Shown: positions 35,006 through 35,479 of the stretch, piece after piece
Layout of the letters: each line of letters begins with the position of its first letter
Position numbering within the stretch: the first letter of the stretch is position 1
IMG/VR virus record: IMGVR_UViG_3300046508_000033
Location: 1-35,479 of that record
Direction: 5' to 3' (one strand)
Length of the DNA stretch: 35,479 bases
DNA from: a virus
Taxonomy: Duplodnaviria; Caudoviricetes
Notes under the pieces: generated by a model
What the model was told of the DNA's origin: nothing
The model's database searches: none
The model's input: only the letters and a program-made list of their open reading frames with translations
Program-made: the position numbers and the translations under genes

Positions 35006-35479
35006 GGTCGCACGACCTTAACCAGGGCCATGATCGGGGCCTTATGGATATTCCACCAGGCCAAGGCCCGCCTCTCCATCGTCGAGATTTGCTTGTCGTC
35101 AAAGGATTCCCATTCCTCGAAAGTATGGAGTTCACAGCCGATTTTAAGATGCGTATCAAAAATAAAAATCGGCCATGTTAATCCTGAAATTTGTATTGGC
35201 GGCTTGGTTAAGGGGATACCTTCGCCATATGAAGCGCCCCGCAGGTAAGCGCCCTCCAGGTTAGCGCCCCGCAGGTAAGCGCCCTCCAGGTTAGCGCCCT
35301 CCAGGTTAGCGTCCTCCAGGTTAGCGCCCTCCAGGTTAGCGCCCCGCAGGTAAGCGTCCTCCAGGTTAGCGCCCCCCAGGTTAGCGTCCTCCAGGTTAGC
35401 GTCCTCCAGGTTAGCGTCCTCCAGGTTAGCGCCCCGCAGGTAAGCGCCCTCCAGGTTAGCGCCCTCCAGGTTAGCGCCC
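35002..35479 (-). CDS. Pentapeptide-repeat protein (5' partial)
   Basis: (A-N/Y-L-E/R-G/D)n, then [42 protein letters not shown]...ALAWWNIHK...RP stop. Start lies outside the window. Confidence 0.92.
   Translation of the reverse strand, partial: GANLEGANLEGAYLRGANLEDANLEDANLEDANLGGANLEDAYLRGANLEGANLEDANLEGANLEGAYLRGANLEGAYLRGASYGEGIPLTKPPIQISGLTWPIFIFDTHLKIGCELHTFEEWESFDDKQISTMERRALAWWNIHKAPIMALVKVVRP
35233..35479. repeat. 15-bp coding tandem repeat, 16 full copies plus a partial
   Basis: agcgYccYScaggtW units, encoding the pentapeptides on the minus strand. Confidence 0.95.

Noticed and set aside
35233-35479. 15-bp repeat as a CRISPR, iteron or second guide array
   Set aside because: It is in frame, has no spacers, and encodes standard pentapeptides continuing into a normal C-terminal domain.

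Overview
A continuous piece of a tailed phage or prophage genome (siphovirus-like, GC-rich), with essentially all real genes on the minus strand. In transcription order (right to left) there is first an early/recombination region (35479-26831): pentapeptide-repeat protein, HNH-like protein, Gp3/RDF-like protein, Cas4-like PD-(D/E)XK nuclease, a RAMP/Cas7-like protein, a 155-aa unknown, a 210-nt GGC-NN pentamer array, an SMC/Rad50-like ATPase and HU. After a strong terminator and a sigma70-like promoter comes a morphogenesis operon (26682-780): portal/MuF fusion, HK97 protease and capsid, two multidomain glycosyltransferases, neck and tail genes, tape measure, and a GTA-like tail tip. No terminase, integrase or endolysin is visible in the window. 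The standout is the locus at 30101-32682. A stand-alone RAMP-like gene lies next to a non-CRISPR array of near-invariant GGC triplets alternating with variable dinucleotides, cut into five units. It looks like a compact phage-encoded RNA-guided system with a gapped guide code, resembling what I recall as VIPR systems (not verifiable here). Also notable: three tail-module proteins carry Sec-type signal peptides, and the portal may be translated from a leaderless mRNA. All family calls come from reading motifs by eye, not from database searches.
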